Assembly: GCF_009914755.1 (NCBI RefSeq)
Contig: NC_060944.1
Strand: one strand, 5' to 3'
DNA from: the human T2T-CHM13v2.0 reference genome, Homo sapiens
DNA: 64,000 nt
Shown one piece after another: positions 1-17,062 of this stretch. Every line of letters starts with the position of its first letter. The first letter of the stretch is position 1. The notes below the pieces were generated by a model. The model did no database searches. It was given only the letters and a program-made list of their open reading frames with translations, and was not told where the DNA came from. The translations under genes and the position numbers were made by a program.

Positions 1-3000
1 CTGGATTATTTTCTTATTGTGTTATTTGCTTGGAAACAACATGATTATAATGACCATTAATATAAACTACCACCAATAAGCCATAGAATGATTACCTTAT
101 CTAAATGTTCAGTTTGCTATTTTTTGAGTCTCTGGTTTTACATATCCTCACATGATCCATCTCAATCAGTGCACGTATGATAGACTCCTGCAGGTATTCT
201 TTTGTGAAGTGGCTATCCAGATGTAAAAAAAAGTACAAGACAAAAGCTGTCATCAAGGGATTCATGGTTTAGTTGAAGATAAAAGAATAGGCCTTAAAGG
301 AATCCACGAGTGAGGTTACCGCGGAGAACAGAGAACTGCAGGGAGTTTCCGCGTGGAGCCCCCCGAAGCTGGACAGTGAGGCTGCAGACCCTGGCTGTTC
401 ACTAACTGATGTGTATGACCTTGACACATAGACTGGTGACAGGACCTCTGAGCTTCAGCTTTCACATCCAAAAAGTGAAGACGATGTGGCACCCACCTCA
501 CAGGTTCCAAGGAGCATGAAATGCCATCACTGTGCTGTACTTGGAGCTCTAAAATGTGTGGGGAAGGGTATCCACAACAATGGCTGATAGAACGTCCTGG
601 AGTCACAAAGAACAAGCACTCTTAGGAAAGGTGCCATTTTAGTTAGATATGACACAATGAATCGGGTTTGGATCAGGAGGGAAGGACTGTCTATTTCAGG
701 AAGTGGAAAAAAGAAGAATGAGCAATAAGTCTTCATCTGCCTTTGTGTCCCCACATTATGTCTTGTCTTCCAGGTCTTATGGAAACACTTCCCTCATGTA
801 AAAGAGAAAAAAATAAACATAGTCGTATTACATTTTGGGTGAAACATTTAAAATCAGAGACATCACGCACAGCTTTGCTGCATACTAAAAGCCTAAAGGA
901 GAAAGAGGAACAGAAAAATGTTGTTTAATTTGAATGGATGTTGGAGGAAAGAATGATCTTCAAATAGTTCAGAGTCCTGTCTTTTGGCTGAAATCCATTT
1001 CTAAGTAAAACTCTCCATAGTGCCCTCCCTGCCCTTCTTCCCCACCCTTCCTGTCCTAACCAGCTCTTCCCCAGAACAGCTCTCACCTTCCCAAAGCAGA
1101 ATAAAGCCCAGGACAATGTTGAAGGAAAACTGCACTTTTACATTTCTAGATGATTTCCTAACAGAAAATATATGAACTCTCGGAACTAAAACTTAGCTGA
1201 GGATTCCAAGCTCCAACCTAGGACCTGAAGAAACCAAGTTCATTGGGTGACTTACAAATGTGTTGATTATAACTCTCTTCATAGAATGACATCAGGACAT
1301 TTGAATATGAAATTAAAGAATTTACTCACCCGCCTTTATACTTCCATCAGGCCAAGCAGCTGGAAAGACAGTTTTTGCTTTTTTCAGAACATTGGGATAT
1401 TCACTTTCATTAACATTAAACAAGCTGAAAAGTTGTTGAAGTTTCCTTGAGATGTTTGTAAAGAATAGTGGAGCAAACATTTGGAAATTTGGGCGAGGCA
1501 GGATGCATCTCCAACACTGTACTAGACTCTTGCTTTTTAGTAAATGTTATGTCTGGCTTCACTTTGAGTGTGAAGGATGAATGTTTTTCAAAACTCTCAT
1601 TGCTGTACAAATATGATGTGTTAATGCCTCAAAATCACTGTTTACCCAGCTGCTTCCATGTAAGGTACCTGGAACTCTCGCCAGAACTTTTTCTCTTTAT
1701 GCATCTACTCTCATTTTCATTGCCATTTCTGTAGATTATTTTAAGAGGCAAAAGAAGCATCATGATTTTGAGGAGGTGGCTCCAGATACTCTTAATATTT
1801 CCACAGGCACCAAATCCCAGCTTGATGGCAGGATGGAAGTTAACTTGGGTAACATACACATGATTAGAGAATCCATCATCGGGGCATTCCCACCCACAAT
1901 TTTCCTCCCAAGATTCTGTTATTCTTTGTTAGGACAAAGACTACCCAGGGGACGTCATTGGAAAGTCTCATGTAGCTATGAACCAAAACTTTCCTGCAGA
2001 AAACCCTACAGCTATCCTTCTAATGAGATATGTTCAATCTCAGAAGCCTGAAAAAGTGGAAATACTAGGTTGGCACAGTTAGAATAAAATTCAGGAAAGA
2101 TTCACATAGTTGGTAATTGAAGCTATAACCATGCAAGAGGTCACAAAGCAAGAGAATAGAAAGAGAGAAGGCCCAGAGCCGAGCTGCAGGGTTCTCCAAC
2201 ATTTAAAGATCAAGAGGGTGGTTTATTCAGGTATGTTATACAACAATTCAAAATCTTTAAAATGTAAGGTATTATGTCTGAAGTGGATCAGTGAAATGAG
2301 AGATTCAGAAAGACTCCAGTGAGTCTGGCATCAGAATCAGTTACTGCGGCGGTGTGGCATGGGGTGGGGACAGAGTGGAGAGGAAAATGGGAACTAGGAA
2401 CCCCCAGCACCCCTCCACAGGTGCTGAGGTTGGTAAGGTTCTGCAGCCCAAGGTAATCTCTATGCAGTGCATACCTAGTCACCTCCAAAAGGCAAATGGA
2501 GAGTTTCAAGTGATGCTTCACTTCCAGGATCAGCAGACATTTCTAATCATCTTTACAACCTCCCTAGTAAAGATGTTCAGAGGCTTTCCATGTCAACAGC
2601 AGGCGGCTTATATTCCAGAAAGTTAAGTCTGTGCCATTCTCTGCCTGAGCCAGTATGTTACGAAGAGCATTACCATGGCGATTTCACATTCTGAAACTGT
2701 GCTTGTCTCTTAAATGCCACGTGCCAATGAGTCATAGAGGTGTTTTGTTCTAGAGCCATGTACCCCCCAAAAAGGGAGTTTGTACAGATTTACCAAGAAA
2801 CTATTATTATTGTCTACAGTTCATGCAGTTACAAAACTATCTTTGCCTCCTTTTACTCACAATTTGAACCCAATCTTTTCTAAGGTGCTGGCCTCCCAAT
2901 ATTGCTGTAGATAATTCAGCCTTGGTTTCTTATGATTAAAGATTATGACTCACACCAGCCTACAAGCCTGGAGAATTATACTGAAGTTGATGCCTCACGA

Positions 3001-4102
3001 TGATCCGATCTGGAGATTCCATACATAGCATATTCTGCTACTACCATGAGAGACTTTTATATTGACGCAAATCATGTATTTACCTCTTTATGACAATTAA
3101 ATTACAAAATAGTCCATGCAGTGATCCATAGTATCATCTCATCTTGATAAGGAAGGGTTAGGTAGAGGAAGAATTGCTGGATGCTTTTAAGTCATCCTCC
3201 AACATGAACCAGCTTCTTATAAAAGATGAGACAGTTGCATTTATATATCCAAAGCTAGCTGCTATATTTTCTAAGTCATGTCTCAAGTAGAGCATCTAGA
3301 AAAAACCTGTATCAGTAGTGCTTAAGTCTGGCACTGCAGGGAAGCTGGTTTAAAATTACAGAGCCTCTGGAATTTTCAAATGTTCAAAACATCCAACCTA
3401 GAGCCTGGGAATCTGTATTTTTAATGAGCATCGCTCATGCATTGCTATGGAACACACATTGCATATATAGCATTTTCTAACATATAGGATCAGGCCAGAG
3501 GAAGAATGTCTGTGTATGAGAACTCCCTAAATGATGCACAGTTCCACTGTCTGGTTACAGTTGAAACCGTTTTTGTACTTACTACCATCCCATGCAATGT
3601 CACTGGTTACATACGGTTTACCAGATGTGATTATTACTGCACTCATCTTGGTTGATATATGGATAATAAAAGGGCCTTATTAGAGGTTTTTATTATGCCC
3701 CACAATCTTCAAATACCTGCTGATTAGAAAAGTTAGAGCAGTTATCTAAGAGACCCTGAAGGATGTCTTCAGTGTATGTCATCAACAAACCCCATGATTA
3801 CTCCTCTCTTGGCTTGGCACTTTGGTGGGTTAACAATGGAGAGGTGTTGCCGGGCTTGCTCCCACCACCTCCACATACTAGCCCGAGGCTTGGAAGGATG
3901 TGTTCCAGGCATTGGCCCGGACTGCATCTATGTATTCCTTTCTTACACAGGATCTCGTTGTCTGTGGGATCTTTGTCTGTCATGGGTGATCCAGGAGAGA
4001 CCAGCTGATGGCTGATGGGGTCACCTCAGCAGCCCAGGAGATATGTGTCCTTCAGGTTGTTTTTGACAACAGCAAAACCATCAGGAGCATCCCCTCCATG
4101 AT

Positions 4103-4615
<513 letters not shown>

Positions 4616-4739
4616 ATTACAGAGGCTGAAGGGGAAGGAAGCAGTAACTTGCCGCCTTTCACCATGCCCAGCTCTGGAATAACACAAGGAAGCCTTGGAA
4701 GGGTGAGCTCCACTCTAGTACCTGGCTGTTAGCATAGGA

Positions 4740-5790
4740 GTATTATTGCCAGATCCTAAACCCACCACACCTTCGGGATTACTCATCTCAATAAATGACA
4801 TTTCCACTTTATTTATGTATTTATTTATTTTGAGACAGAGTCTGGCTCTGTTGCTCAGGCTGAAGTGCAGTGGCGCGATCTCTCCCGGGTTTAAGCGATT
4901 CTCCTGCCTCCGCCTCCCAAGTAGCTGGGATTACAGGCACCTGCCACCACACCCAGATAACTTTTGTATTTTTAGTAGAGACTGGGTTTTGCAGTGTTGG
5001 CCAGGATGGTCTCAAACTCCTGACCTCAGGTGATCCGCCCACTTCAGCCTTCCAAAGTGCTGGGATTACAGGCGTAAGCCACCGTGCCCAGCATTTTCCA
5101 CTTCTGAGGGTCTCTTTAACTCTTTTCCTCACCCTCCTCATCCAAAATACAGCAGGAAATTCTGCCTGCTTTCACCAAGTGCCATCACTTTTACCACCTT
5201 TGCCTGGACCATGGCAGGTGGCTCTGCTTCTCCCTCCAGGCCCCTCACCCACCACTGTTGATGTCCATGCAGCAGCCAAACTGCTCCTCTGAAAACAGGG
5301 GTCAGGATATGTGATATCCCAGCCCAAACTTCTCAATGACTTCCAGCTTCACTATAGAATAAAACTGAATGTCCTTACAGTGGCCACCAGGTCCCTAAAT
5401 ATCACATCAACCTCTGAGAAGCCACACTGACTTCTCAGACCTTCCTTGTCTCCCTCCACTTCCCCAGGACCTGCCCCGCTGCCGCTCCTAAAGGACATCA
5501 GACTTGCCTCCCCCAGGACTTTGCAGGGCTGCTCCCTCTGCCTGGAATCCTCCACCCACAGAAGCCCCTCCATTCATGCTGGTCTCTGCACAAATGGCAT
5601 TGCCCTGTGGCATCTCAGGACCTGTCCTGTAGAGCTTCCCACCACTTCTTCTCACTTGCCTTACTTCACTTTCATTCATAGCACATTTTATTTCCTGACA
5701 TGTATGTTTTATTTGGTCCAGTTCTGTTGAGGGCCCTCTCCCAAGAAACAAACTGCCAGTTTCTCACTGTATCTTCCACGGCACAAAAGG
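4740..5790 (+). mobile_element. L2 LINE fragment, split by an Alu
   Basis: Degenerate L2 motifs such as 'tccttacagtggccaccaggtccct' and 'ccctctgcctggaatcctcc'. Confidence 0.6.
4808..5092 (-). mobile_element. AluS-type SINE with ~20-bp internal deletion
   Basis: 'cctgacctcaggtgatcc', T-rich tail, approximate TSD CATTT(T)CCACTT; lacks 'ggctcactgcaacctccgcc' near 4882. Confidence 0.95.
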
Positions 5791-5834
5791 AGTTGGCTAG
5801 CTAGCTCTCTGGCCACTGCTGCTGCTGCTTCTTC

Positions 5835-7130
<1,296 letters not shown>

Positions 7131-7860
7131 CCGGTCTCATAAAGGCATTAATCCCACTCATGGGGGCTCTATTCTCATGACCCGTATTAGTCAGGGTTCT
7201 TCAGAGGGACAGAAGTAATAGGATATATGTATATATGAAGGGAAGTTTATTAGGGAGAATTGACTCACATGATCACAAGGTGGAGTCTCATGATAGACCG
7301 TCTGCAAAGCTGAGGAGTGAGGAAGCCAGTAGTGGCTCAGTCAAGCCCCAAAGCCTCAAAAGTAGGGAAGCCAACAGTGCAAAGCCATCTGTGGCTGAAG
7401 CCATCTGTGGCCAAAGCCCCAAGAGCCCCCAGCAAACCACTGGTATAAGTCCAAGAGTCCAAAGGCCAAAGAACCTGGGGTCCGATGTTCAAGGGCATGA
7501 AGCATCCAACATGGGAGAAAGACCACAACCACAAGACTCAGCAAGCCAGCGTATTCCACCTTCTTCCACCTGCTTTTTTCTAGCTGTGCTGCCAGTTGAT
7601 TGGACGGCGCCCACCCAGATTGAGGGTAGGTGTGTGTCTCCCAGTCTGCTGACTCAAATGTTAATCTCCTCTAGCAACACCTTTACAGACACACCCAGAA
7701 ACAATATTTGCATCCTTCAATCCAATCAAATTGACACTTTGTATTAACCATCACATGACATAATCACCTCCCAAAGGCCTCACCTTTGAATACTAGCACA
7801 TTGAGAGTTAGGATTTCAACATATGAAATTTGGAAGGACACAAACATTCAGTCCAATACA
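7131..7860 (-). mobile_element. MLT1A-type MaLR LTR fragment, split by MLT2A
   Basis: 'attaatcccactcatgggggctct' continues after the insert as 'taatcacctcccaaaggcctcacct...ggacacaaacattcagtcc'. Confidence 0.75.
7183..7755 (-). mobile_element. MLT2A (ERVL) solo LTR
   Basis: Ends 'gtattagtcagggttct' and 'ccaatcaaattgacac...ttaaccatcaca'; 5-bp TSD TGACC/TGACA. Confidence 0.9.
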
Positions 7861-9610
7861 CTGCCCTGCTAATTCAAATGGTGCCTGGCACACAATGGGC
7901 CATGAGTAACTGTTTGTTGAGTGAATAAATGAATGAGTGCTCGGACACTGACACTGTGCTTGGAAATTGCTGGAGGAGCTTGTGAGTTAGGTATTGACTT
8001 TTGTGTTTTGCTTGGATCATCTTGGTGAATTCTCACCCAGTCCTGTGTTGTGGTTGTTCTTGTCTCAATAGAGACAAGTAATCGTGGCCAATCGTGGCAC
8101 ATGGTGCCTTTCCCTCTTCTTTCACTTCACTGGGGCCACTGTAGTAATGTGGACCTATGATTGACAGCTGGTAGCCCAGGATACATTTCAGCTGGAAGCT
8201 CTGCTGCTCCTAGGGCCCACATTTCACCAACACCACAGCTGACATTTTTCAGAAGCCTACTCCACTTCTAGCCTCATTTCCACATCTCCCTTTCCCACGT
8301 GATTCACATCTTCTGATTCCTTCTCTGCTTCTTACATTCTCAACATGCTTTGTGAGCTCCAAGGTCAAGGGCACCTCATATTCCCTCTTCCCATTTGCTG
8401 GTGTCCTCTGTTACTGCTGCTGCTTCCCCTCCCTTAGAGCCATCCATGGAAGTGGTGCCCAGAAACTTTCAGAACATGTTATTTGCCAGATGGAAGATGG
8501 CCAGTGTCAGAGCTGTGTATAGGAGACCTGTTTGCAGAGCATGGATTTTTCCAAAGGTTTGCTTCTGGGAATGCATTTGAAATCCACTCATCTAAAGTAG
8601 ACTTAGAGTGGAGGCTTAGGACACAATTTCCCATTTCTAACTCAACTCAAGGCCCTTTCCTGCACAAATTTCCCTTTTTCAACCTGCTTTGGAAGCTTTA
8701 AATGGAATGAATTTAAAGAGATTTAAAATAAATTTGATTAAGTAATTTGAAAAACAAAGAAAAGGTAGCAGCTGCCTAGATCCCCATCTGCTCTGATTTG
8801 TCTGCAAGAAGATAGGATGTTTCTTTCTCTCCTCTGTTCCTAGTATTCATCTCATATCTGACATCCCCAACAGAAAATGCACTCCATTCTGCCTGCAGTA
8901 GTCCAGAACCATGCCAAATGAGAAACACAAACACAGGCGTGATTTATGAGGTCCTCTTCTCTTCCCTGTGATCTTCTCTGTAGTGCCATTCTCTCCAAGG
9001 TCCTGAGGTAACAGATGTCCCCATTAACTCAGCCAGGAGGGGCTGAAAGGCACATCAGACTAAAGAGAGAGAGAGAGGTAAAAGGTCCTAGCTCCTCAAA
9101 CTGAGTGCCAGTGGATAGTGTTGCACAGAGTGGGAAGAGGGCTCATGGCAGGAGCCAAACCCAAGTGTCCCACGGGATGTGTGTCTTGAGACAATATGGC
9201 CAGCCCCACCCCTCCCCTCATCCCTCAGTGAAAATGACATCCAAGTGGGACAGCCCAGTGCCATGGCAGCAAGACAGCTGGAGCTGGAAGCACAGAGGGG
9301 TGGAGAGATCTCTGTGGGCTGGTGGTGGGGCCAGGGCTGGTGGTGGGGCTGCTGGTCTATGTGGTCACCCCCAGGCACCTGTTGTGCCATGGGATGCATG
9401 GATGGATCTACAGTAGCGTGACCGTGAATGTGACTGTGATGGTTAGTGGTGGTGGGGATGGAAATGCTGCCATGGTAATTCAGTCTTAATCTTGACTCAG
9501 ACTAGCAGTGCAACATTAAACTTCTGTTTGAGGCGGTACTGTAAAGGCGCCCAACATCAAGACTCTGCCCTTTGCGGGTGAGGACTGTGCGGTTCTCCTT
9601 CTGTCTTCCT

Positions 9611-11327
9611 TTTTTTTTTCAGAAGAGGAATTTTACTTTTACCCACTTATGGTAATATTTGCAATATCAGAATATAATTAGGTTAAATAAATCAAATAAG
9701 GAGTCCAGAAGAAACTGTTCTTGAGTTAAGCCAAGGACACACTGGCAATTTCGAGAACAGAGAATTCTACACATTAACAAAAAGAACACACAAGCTCAAA
9801 TGCAAGTTTATATGGTGAGTGTTTTCAAAGGATTTAAAAAGCATGCTCCATCAGCATAATAGCTTTTTCTCATTTATGTAACAGATGCATTTCTGTCTGC
9901 TTGTGTACAGCAAAGGGTTAGAACCTGAATAAACTTATTTACAATTTCAGAAAGGTGCTATTTTAGAAATGTACTCCATAGAATTTACTTCGCTGCTCCT
10001 ACCACTGATTCTTCAAATAAACAAAGTACGGAAGGTCTTATCCCTTGAAAATGTTTTTAAACACTAGCACTTTAAATTGAAACATTGGTAGAAATGTAGC
10101 AATGTCAGTTACAATGCCTATACTTAGTCTTATTTAAAATAAAAATTGAATGCACAACAGAAAATTTATCATTTTCTTTATCATTGGAGGGGAGGGAGAG
10201 AAAGCAAGCAGAGGTGGGGGTATGGTTACACTATTTAAGGAAGAGCTGAATACAAAGATAATGAGTCTTTCATAGTCTCAACAATTCCACAATGAATAAC
10301 TGTGGATTATCTCATTTATGATTCACATTGGATAAAAAATAACTGGTTCCGCTCTGTGTATATCAATTTAATTCAAACCTTATTATCTTCAGAATACAAA
10401 GATGAATACTAGAAGATAAACTAACTGCAATAAGTATTTTCTAAGTAGAAGACCAAACACCAAGGGGAATCCCTCTTTCCAATGTCTTCTGATATGGCAA
10501 GATTTTGCCAGAATGGAAGTCTAACACTTAAATAAGCTTTCTCTTGGCCAAGTAAGAAACTACAGTTGTTGTGGGTATTACCCTACAATTACCATATGTA
10601 TTACATATTAAATTAAACTCAGCATTAAATATGCTTGTATAATTACGCTGTTAATGATGATAGCAGTGATGATGCTGGTGGAAAAAGCCTGTCTTTAGCA
10701 AAAGAAAAGTAAGGGAGAAAAATGTAACAAGCAGAAAGCAAACACAGAGTTGGGCAATTTTTGACTAGGAAAGAGAATTTTAAACACTTTTTAAATCTTC
10801 AAAATATTTAAAACAAATTTAAAGGGTCTGTTAATTCATATATTTTTCTTTACTAATCATTTTGGATTTTTTTTCTTTGAATTATTGGGCAGGGAAGATA
10901 CTTAGGTATGGAAGATTATTGCTCTAATTTGAGTGAAATAAAAGATATTAGTGCGAGGCAAACATAACTCATTTGAGGATAAAGTTTCTGTTGGATATGT
11001 GGCTCCTGATGCATTTTGACTTGTCTTTTAAAATGCTTTATCTTTTTCTTTAAAGATTTATTTCAATAAAACTAATTGGGACCACCTATATTTCAGTAGG
11101 ACCTGAGTATGGATTGGAAGTACTTGGCAGGGCAGCAGCAATCTTGCTGTTTTATTTAACATGCATCCTTGGGCAGGTCGCCATTAAATCTTACACTGTG
11201 GTGAAGGGATGATTTTTTTTGTAATGCACAGTAGAGTTAGAGTACTTAGTTCTCTTGTTGTCCAGTATATCTAATAAGTGTTTCATATTATTTCCACATA
11301 AGGGAAATAAGGGAGTACTTTTCTTTT
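9611..11327 (-). pseudogene. Processed retrocopy of a 3'UTR only, most likely ST13 (Hip), with inverted 5' segment
   Basis: polyT 9610-9619; AGTAAA on - strand at 9632-9637; 15-bp TSD TCCTTCTGTCTT(C/T)CT at 9596-9610 and 11328-11342. 10781-11327(+) matches my recall of the proximal ST13 3'UTR and 9620-10783(-) the distal part. Confidence 0.8.
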
Positions 11328-11407
11328 TCCTTCTGTCTTTCTATCTAGACATCACCATTCATCCATCACTTAGGCAGCCATTGATTCAGCATGTGTACTT
11401 GCATGTG

Positions 11408-11452
11408 CAAGTGTGTATGTGTGTACATGTGTGTGTGCCTGTGTGTGTGTGT
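11408..11452. repeat. Interrupted (TG)n microsatellite
   Basis: Read directly. Confidence 0.85.
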
Positions 11453-12359
11453 ACATTATCTACTGTGTACCAGGCCATATTTCCGGTATCAATCTCAGCT
11501 CCTCTTCTCCAGTACAAAGATTCCTCTTGTCTATAAATTTCTGTAATAGAGATTACTTTCTGTCACCAGATAGAAATTCTGTCTGGTGCTCAAATTGTTG
11601 TTGCTGTTTAATTTATAGTACATTTTTAGCTCTTTATTTCTAATTTTTAAATGTACACCGTGTGTCCCTGCAGGCACAGCTCCAGGAGCTCTGCATTCCC
11701 ATGCAGGCTCAGCCACCACACACTGGAGCAAGTGTCATGTGGCCTCCTCTGTGATCATGACCACTCATGGCCTGAGCTGGCCACAGGGAAGAGCAGCTGG
11801 CCACACTTCAGGTTTATAAGCGGCTTTGAAAGCACCAAACATGATGTCTGACTCTCCCTGTCCTGTGATTCCCAGGGCCCAGACTGGGATCTACAGAGAG
11901 GAAGAAGGGACACAGGCTTGCTTATTACTCTCCTTCATTAATTCATTCACTAAACAAGTACTTACTGAGTGCCTACCAGTTGTCAAGTATGATGTTAGTG
12001 TTGCGAATCCAGAAGGGAGCAAAGCAGGAAAGTTCTGCTCTCAAGGAGCCACGTGTTCCTGTTCCCAGGAGCGTCAAGGAAGCCCCTGCAAGTTTGCGTC
12101 ATCACTGCCAGCAACAGTTGAACAAATGGGAAAAGCAATCAGGGAATACTGTTTCACAGTACCAACTATTTACATATTTGGTAACAATTTAGTTGTTTTT
12201 TAGTCTTACTTTGATGATTTTTCTTTTCATTTCTTATCCAGTATTTTATTCAACAATTTTCTGCTGATTTAAATAATAAAATTGCTTATTTAAAATCAAC
12301 AAATTATTACACTAGTGATTAAAAATAAATCAAAGTAAAGGTACATTCTAATGCACATT

Positions 12360-12730
12360 CTCCTTCTCTGCTGATGAGAATGTAAATTGATACAATCTTT
12401 CTATCCTTAAAACTTTAGTGCTCATTAATGAAATAAGTCACCCTTAAGCAATGTATTCTAAAGAAACAATCAGAGATTGTCAAGGATTTATATAAAGGAT
12501 GTTCATGAATGTGATTTTAAAACCAAGGGAAATTTAAAGCAACCTCAATGCTCAACAATAGGCATTAAATTAGTGATGGCATATTTTTTTCATTATACTT
12601 TACGTTCAAGGAATACATGCGCAGAATGTGCAGGTTTGTTACATAGGTATACACGTGCCATGGTGGTTTGCTGCACCCGTGATGGTGTATTTTTGTGAGA
12701 TAATATTATGCAGTTATTTAAAAGGATGCC
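12360..12730 (+). mobile_element. Old L1M ORF2 3' fragment hosting a younger L1 stub
   Basis: 'ctgctgatgagaatgtaaattgatacaatc' and 'aagcaacctcaatgctcaacaatagg'. Confidence 0.55.
12589..12678 (-). mobile_element. ~90-bp L1PA7/8-like 3' stub
   Basis: 'gtgcaggtttgttacataggtatacacgtgccatggtggtttgctgcaccc'; 16-bp TSD at 12573-12588 and 12679-12694. Confidence 0.9.
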
Positions 12731-14444
12731 TTTATAGTGTGATTTTTTTAAAAAAATAGTGTATCGGTAAAGAAAGTACTTTTGTATAAGACTCAATATG
12801 TGTTCATTAACAGCAAGTCTTGCCAAGCTAATTTCTTTTTTGAAGCAGTAACTAGACTAATGTATATGTGGAATTCAACACATCTAAAAGGGCATATAGA
12901 GCTTTTCATATACATGAATAGAGCTCCTGGAGCACCTGGTGGGTTGTGGTTGCCAAGTGCTGGAAATATACAGGTAAATAAAATATAGCCCCCATATTCA
13001 AGAAGCTCATAATGCAAAGATGGGGAAACAAACAAATGGAAAATTACAAGAATACAACGTTATTCAACAAATGTTGACCACACATTTACTGTACGCTGAC
13101 TCTACAGCAGTGAACAAGCCATACATATGCCCTCCCTTTTGGAGCTGTTCAAACCCATTTTTAAAAGTTGATATAACAGAAAAGCTAAACTCAAGGAAGC
13201 ACAAAAGCAAAGTTGCCTATCGAATATCTTCAGTCTAAATTTGGTGACCTGAGCGGGGATGGGAAAGTGGAGGATCATGAGTGAGTGAGACGTAGCACCA
13301 GCCCTCGGGAAGGGTGACAGCAAAATGTGTAGGGACAGAAAGACTAGAGAGGGGAAAACAGGGGAAGGAAGTCACAGGGTAGAAGGAATCCTGCTTTATA
13401 ACAGGAGCCATCATCTTTTGAGGGTCGAGGAGAAGGATCCAAAAGAAAAATGAAGATTGAAGAATGAACACTAATACAAATAGATCATGGTCCTAAAAAG
13501 GAAAGACAGCTGAGTTCAAGGGCAAAGAGTTCACTTTGACAAGGAAAGAGGAAGTTAATCCTCAAATATGGCAGGCAAAGAAGGGGTCAGTAATAATAGA
13601 ATCTGAACTGGAAATAAAGGAAGTTGATAAAGTTCATAATAAAAAATGGTAAATTTCAATCTTCCCAGAAATAATGAGCTCATCCCCTGTGAGAAAGGGC
13701 TTAGAAATGATAACTTAAGGGAACAAAAAGATCTATGGCAAACTTGCTAATTGACTGATCTCTTGCAAAACATTGAGCATTTACCATATTCTAAGTTCAA
13801 ATACCCATGACTCTGGGAGGACATGGAGCTGGCCTTGGAACCAGTTCACATGATCAGGGGACCTGCAAACACACCTGGAACATCTACAGGAGCAATACGC
13901 ATCACAGAAACATGCATGTCATGGCCAACACCCACACATGGCCTCAGAAAAGATAGGTAAGCTTGGCTGTCCCCTTACTTGCCAAGAATTGTCAGAAACT
14001 CAGTGTTGTAGAATAGAAAGACCGTGGGCTTAGGGTCGCATGGACCAGGTTGTAATCCAGCTCAGTGGTTCACCAACTGGATGGCCTTGCAGAGAGCTCA
14101 GTACCTGCCCAGCTCCTCCGTGGGCACCGAGGTGCTTGCCAGCCATGCGAAGCTGTGGAGCAGACCGATGAGGAGGTGGAGGTGAAGCATTGAACACACA
14201 ACAAGAACTCACTACACAACTTATTTGTCTGGTTATGCTTTTTCAGATTTTGCTATAGGACAAAGATTGACTAACAGGAAGTGGCTTTAGGTTCAGATTT
14301 TCCATCGTTCCAGGTAGACTTATGAAGATGATACCTCTATTAATATTTAATGCTGTCATATTTTAGGTACAGCCACTGCAAACCACCCTGCCTAGAACCC
14401 ATATTTATTTAGTAGGATCTATCTATCATCTATCAGTAAATCAA

Positions 14445-16027
<1,583 letters not shown>

Positions 16028-17028
16028 AGTAAATCAATCTATCTACCAATCTATCTATCTATCTCTGTGTGAAGGGTTTCTTAATGGTTATTTCCTTTCG
16101 TTTGGTTACTACTATGCCCTATCTTCTCACTTTCACTTAAAACAATACAGTTTTCCCCAAATTATCAGTACTTGCATAAATAAGTAACTAAAACATAAAT
16201 AGTAATCCATAATAGTAATTAATACTAATTTTATTATTAATAAGTAATAGCAAGTAATAATAGTGCTTCCTTGACTATTTTATCACTTGCAATTTACTTT
16301 AAATACTGCAGCACAGACACTGTGGGATTACATGCCTGTTACTTGGGTTGAGCTAAAACTCAGGCCCTCACAGAATTCAACCAGGCAGGCACACTTGCCT
16401 CAGGTGAGAGAGGAAACCCCTCTGCTGGAACAAGTATTGCAGAGCTTCTGTTATCTGTATCTTACTTTGGCTTGTCTGATTAGCATGCAGATTTGGGTTA
16501 AACTTGTGGCTTGTTAATAAGCTGATGCATGCTTAAAAGTGTCCTCTTTTGGTGAAATTGAAGGTAATCAAAGTATGTGGATTGGCTAAAATATTATGGA
16601 AATACTCCCCTGTATTATAACAGGGTGTAAACAACCAAAGGATCAATGATATTTGGTGATTTTGCCTGAATCTTGATCTTTTTATGGTTCTGTGTCCAGC
16701 TAGGAATCCCCAGGGCTCTGCCTGCCTGAAGCTGTCCACACGGTTAGCAGAAGCCCCTCTGTGGAATTGCGGGTGTCTATCTCAAGTGACCTTCCAAGCA
16801 AGGTCTGAACACCTAACAGGACAGAAGCCTGAGACTTCAGTGAGCTCACAGAACAAGTTGTATGAGCTGCTTCTGTGCTTGCTTGATAATAACTCCTCAA
16901 CCGAAAAGAGCTGGATGTGTCAGAATTTTCTTTGAAATTAGCTTTCCTTAGAGTCTACTAGCCAGATTGTAGGGGGAGAAGTGAATGCTCAGCCACCTCT
17001 AACCTCTTTAAAAGCTGCCATTTTCTAC

Positions 17029-17062
<34 letters not shown>

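Noticed and set aside
4746-5292. Overlapping 95-140 aa ORFs (similar cases near 34.2 kb and 55.3 kb)
   Set aside because: Standard Alu-derived translations
7235-7747. 170-aa ORF
   Set aside because: Lies entirely within the MLT2A LTR, antisense to it
9088-9600. His/Pro-rich ORFs next to the retrocopy, considered as a pseudogene CDS
   Set aside because: Outside the TSD, no recognisable protein in any frame, explained by GT/G-rich composition
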